DNA from: an uncultured bacterium
GTDB taxonomy: Bacteria > Desulfobacterota_D > UBA1144 > Nemesobacterales > UBA2774
Direction of reading: 5' to 3'
Length of the DNA stretch: 64,000 nt
Assembly (NCBI GenBank): GCA_963825135.1
Contig: CAWGRW010000009.1
Span: 736,001 to 800,000, forward strand
The notes beneath the pieces were generated by a model, which saw nothing but the letters and a program-made list of their open reading frames with translations, was not told the DNA's origin and did not search any database. Below, piece by piece: positions 61,722-64,000 of this stretch (the first letter of the stretch is position 1; each line of letters starts with the position of its first letter). Made by a program: the position numbers and the translations under genes.

Positions 61722-63089
61722 CTACTTCAAATTGCTTCCGTCGGCACAGAGCTGGGTGAGGATGCTGCAGGGTTTTTTGCTCCGGTTGCCGCACTCGTCC
61801 TTCGCCGCCTTTACAGCCTCGTCCATGTCGGCATAATAGCCCCATCCGAGAGCGCCGTCCTCACTCCTGGCTACGGCGCCGCAGTCTGTAAACGAAATCC
61901 TCATCTGACAGTTAGGCCCGTACTTCACGCACTCATCGACCGCCGCCTTTTCCGCCTGAACCCGCGTGGGATAGTTCCATGCCGTGCCGTATTGCCCGTT
62001 GTCGGCCGTGGCTATCGCCGCCCATACGTTCACCCGCTTTGTGCTTCCGTCCGAGCATAACTCTATGAACGAAGAGCATACGTCGTTGGTATACTTGTGA
62101 CATTCGCTGACCGCGTTGTTTCTCGCCAGATCGACGGTCGAGTTCGTCGCCCACCCGAAGGCCCCGTCCGGGGCCGTGGCATAAACAGCGCAGGTGTTAA
62201 ACGAGACTTTAATCTCACAGCCCGTATTGAACTGGCTGCACCTTTCGACGGCGTCTTTCTCGGCCGCCTGTTTCGAGGGCATGTTCGTCGAAAATCCATA
62301 TCCGCCGCTCGGCGAAACAGCTATAGATCCCCAGTTCCCTTCGTTGTCGTATGGACCGGGTGGGGACGGAGTATATACGGGGGGCCGGTAATCTTTGTCA
62401 TCGCCGATTATCTTATGGGGTTGATCGTTCTTCTCTCCGTCCTTACCCCCACCGCCGAAAATCAGATAACCGGCCAGTCCTAAAACCACTACTACAGCAA
62501 TTAAACCCCCGAGTTTCTTTTTATCGCCGAGGAAAGACCTTCCGCCGGAATAATCCTTCTTTTCGAGCGGCCTTATGGTTTCCATACGCTGATCCGGTCC
62601 CTGATCGGCTTTTGCCGAACCGGATTGGGACGCCCCGCTTATCCCGGCGGCATTATCATCGGCTTCGGACTCGACGCGCGCTCCCATTCTCGAAAGCAGG
62701 AGCTTGATAGTCGACAGCAGCTGTGCAAGGTGTTTTTCGAGCGGCGGGGTTAGAGCGTCGAGCCAATGCGGAGCGCTTATAAAGTATTCGAGGGATTTAT
62801 TGGGATCGACGTCCTCCACCCTGAACGGAATGACCGGTATGCCTTTGCTTACCGCACGCTCGACTTCCCTGATTATTTGCTGGGACTCATTGGCGTTGGA
62901 CGAGAACACGAGGACCATCACCCGGCTTGAGCTTATGGCGTCGATAATCGCCTCGCCCCACTGCGTGCCGGGCACTATGTCCCTGGGGGCAATCCAGCAT
63001 CTGACGCCGCCTTTTTCCAGAGTCGCGCATACTGCGTCCGCAACGGGTTTGTCTTTCGCCGAGTGACTGATAAAAACATCGTGAGCCAT
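61722..63089 (-). CDS. TIR domain - transmembrane helix - two DUF4189-like Cys-rich repeats
   Basis: TIR: DVFISHS, WIAPRDIVPG, REVERA (Glu75). TM aa ~193-211 preceded by KKK. Two six-Cys repeats. Confidence 0.88.
   Translation of the reverse strand: MAHDVFISHSAKDKPVADAVCATLEKGGVRCWIAPRDIVPGTQWGEAIIDAISSSRVMVLVFSSNANESQQIIREVERAVSKGIPVIPFRVEDVDPNKSLEYFISAPHWLDALTPPLEKHLAQLLSTIKLLLSRMGARVESEADDNAAGISGASQSGSAKADQGPDQRMETIRPLEKKDYSGGRSFLGDKKKLGGLIAVVVVLGLAGYLIFGGGGKDGEKNDQPHKIIGDDKDYRPPVYTPSPPGPYDNEGNWGSIAVSPSGGYGFSTNMPSKQAAEKDAVERCSQFNTGCEIKVSFNTCAVYATAPDGAFGWATNSTVDLARNNAVSECHKYTNDVCSSFIELCSDGSTKRVNVWAAIATADNGQYGTAWNYPTRVQAEKAAVDECVKYGPNCQMRISFTDCGAVARSEDGALGWGYYADMDEAVKAAKDECGNRSKKPCSILTQLCADGSNLK
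61737..62333 (-). repeat. Tandem ~103-aa protein repeat (aa 253-348 and 356-451)
   Basis: Cys at 284/291/300/330/338/345 and 387/394/403/433/441/448, each offset by exactly 103; shared W..IA, AEK.AV..C, DGA.GW and LC.DGS. Confidence 0.88.
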
Positions 63090-63143
63090 GTATTTTTCCC
63101 CTCTCCTCCAGACGAAATTCTTGAGGATTATAGCTGTGATTGA

Positions 63144-64000
63144 CTACCCAGGCAACACCAAACGCTTGGATTGAAAAACTATTCTCCAGTCCAGGTTTTC
63201 AGAGGTCATAATCTCCGCCGTATTTTCAGCGATGAAGCCGAGAAGCCGGTAGGAGGGAACGAAGTCCGCCTTATCGAGCTCGTTCCTCAGATTCTCCAGA
63301 TGTGCGCTCATGGCATCCGACCTCTTCGCTATGAGCTCGAATTCCCCCTGTGTCCTGATGCTATAGAATGCCGCTCCCAATGCGGGGAAAATAGCGGCGC
63401 AGATCGTGAGCCAGTCCTTGTGAAAATACAGATGGGAAAGGCATGCTATAACCGTGAGCACGAATAGCGCGGAGCCGATGATATGCAGTGTGTCATGGAT
63501 CCTGTGGAAACGGGGAGAGTTGCGCTTGTGATAATTAATCTGCCCGGTGATCTCCTGCTCCGACAAAAAGGCCCTGTATGATCCGAGGTATCCGGCGTCT
63601 ATCTTCGCTTCCACCAATCCGGCCTCCCGAACCACCGCCCTGAAGTGCCAGTTCACCCAGGAGTTCCTGGGGTCTCCGTACGTATCGTGGGCCGGCACCC
63701 TGAACGCCGGCGTCGTCAGACCGAGCGGTGCAAGAAATCTGAGCTGTCTCAGCTGTTCGGACAGGAGCCTGTAATCGATCCACCTCTCGTGCCATCGTTT
63801 TATATTCCCGATGACGGTGATCATTATTATCAGCAGGATCAGAGCGAGCTCGCATGATATCCACAGGTCCTCAAATCTCGTTACAGTCGGAAGCAGCGCG
63901 AAAAAGACCGCCAGCCCGGCCAGCAGGTAGTTAGCCAGAAAGGAGCTCCTGTAAATATTTGAATAGTAATTCGCGAGCTTGTCGGCCCAGGTATAATGCG
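63144..64000 (-). CDS. Membrane protein with two SLATT/DUF4231-like 2-TM modules (5' part outside the window)
   Basis: Frame is open from the window edge: HYTWADKLANYYSNIYRSS, TM, TM, RWHERWIDYRLLSEQLR ... QINYH, TM, TM, ENLDW. Confidence 0.72.
   Translation of the reverse strand, partial: HYTWADKLANYYSNIYRSSFLANYLLAGLAVFFALLPTVTRFEDLWISCELALILLIIMITVIGNIKRWHERWIDYRLLSEQLRQLRFLAPLGLTTPAFRVPAHDTYGDPRNSWVNWHFRAVVREAGLVEAKIDAGYLGSYRAFLSEQEITGQINYHKRNSPRFHRIHDTLHIIGSALFVLTVIACLSHLYFHKDWLTICAAIFPALGAAFYSIRTQGEFELIAKRSDAMSAHLENLRNELDKADFVPSYRLLGFIAENTAEIMTSENLDWRIVFQSKRLVLPG

Overview
A gene-dense bacterial chromosomal window. The split F0 operon behind hemL, the c-subunit with a signal peptide and the tandem ThyX suggest a Deltaproteobacteria/Dadabacteria-like organism, but this is inference only. 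Most of it is housekeeping: tRNA-Ala(GGC), hom, ntrB/ntrC, rnc, thyX, xseA, a CCA-adding enzyme, atpZIBE, hemL, pal/cpoB, lgt, ribF, aroE, dnaJ, uvrA, dacB and a type II secretion operon gspC-K. No CRISPR array, rRNA, transposase or integrase was recognised. The best candidate for an undescribed system is at the right edge: a tandem-SLATT-like membrane protein (cut off by the window) sits directly upstream of a receptor-like TIR-TM-2xDUF4189 protein. Other highlights are a GspD secretin with an N-terminal LysM domain, a RavA-type AAA+ ATPase overlapping gspK, an intact but catalytically degenerate sirtuin, a truncated acyl-CoA-synthetase-like pseudoenzyme, an F/Q-type (isobutyryl-CoA-like) B12 mutase next to an acetoacetate-decarboxylase-family gene with a candidate TetR operator, and a two-conformation structured leader upstream of ribF. 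Several single-base frameshifts (four in the first 2.4 kb, one near 35.8 kb) look like sequencing or assembly errors. All family calls come from motif recognition by eye; no searches were run.
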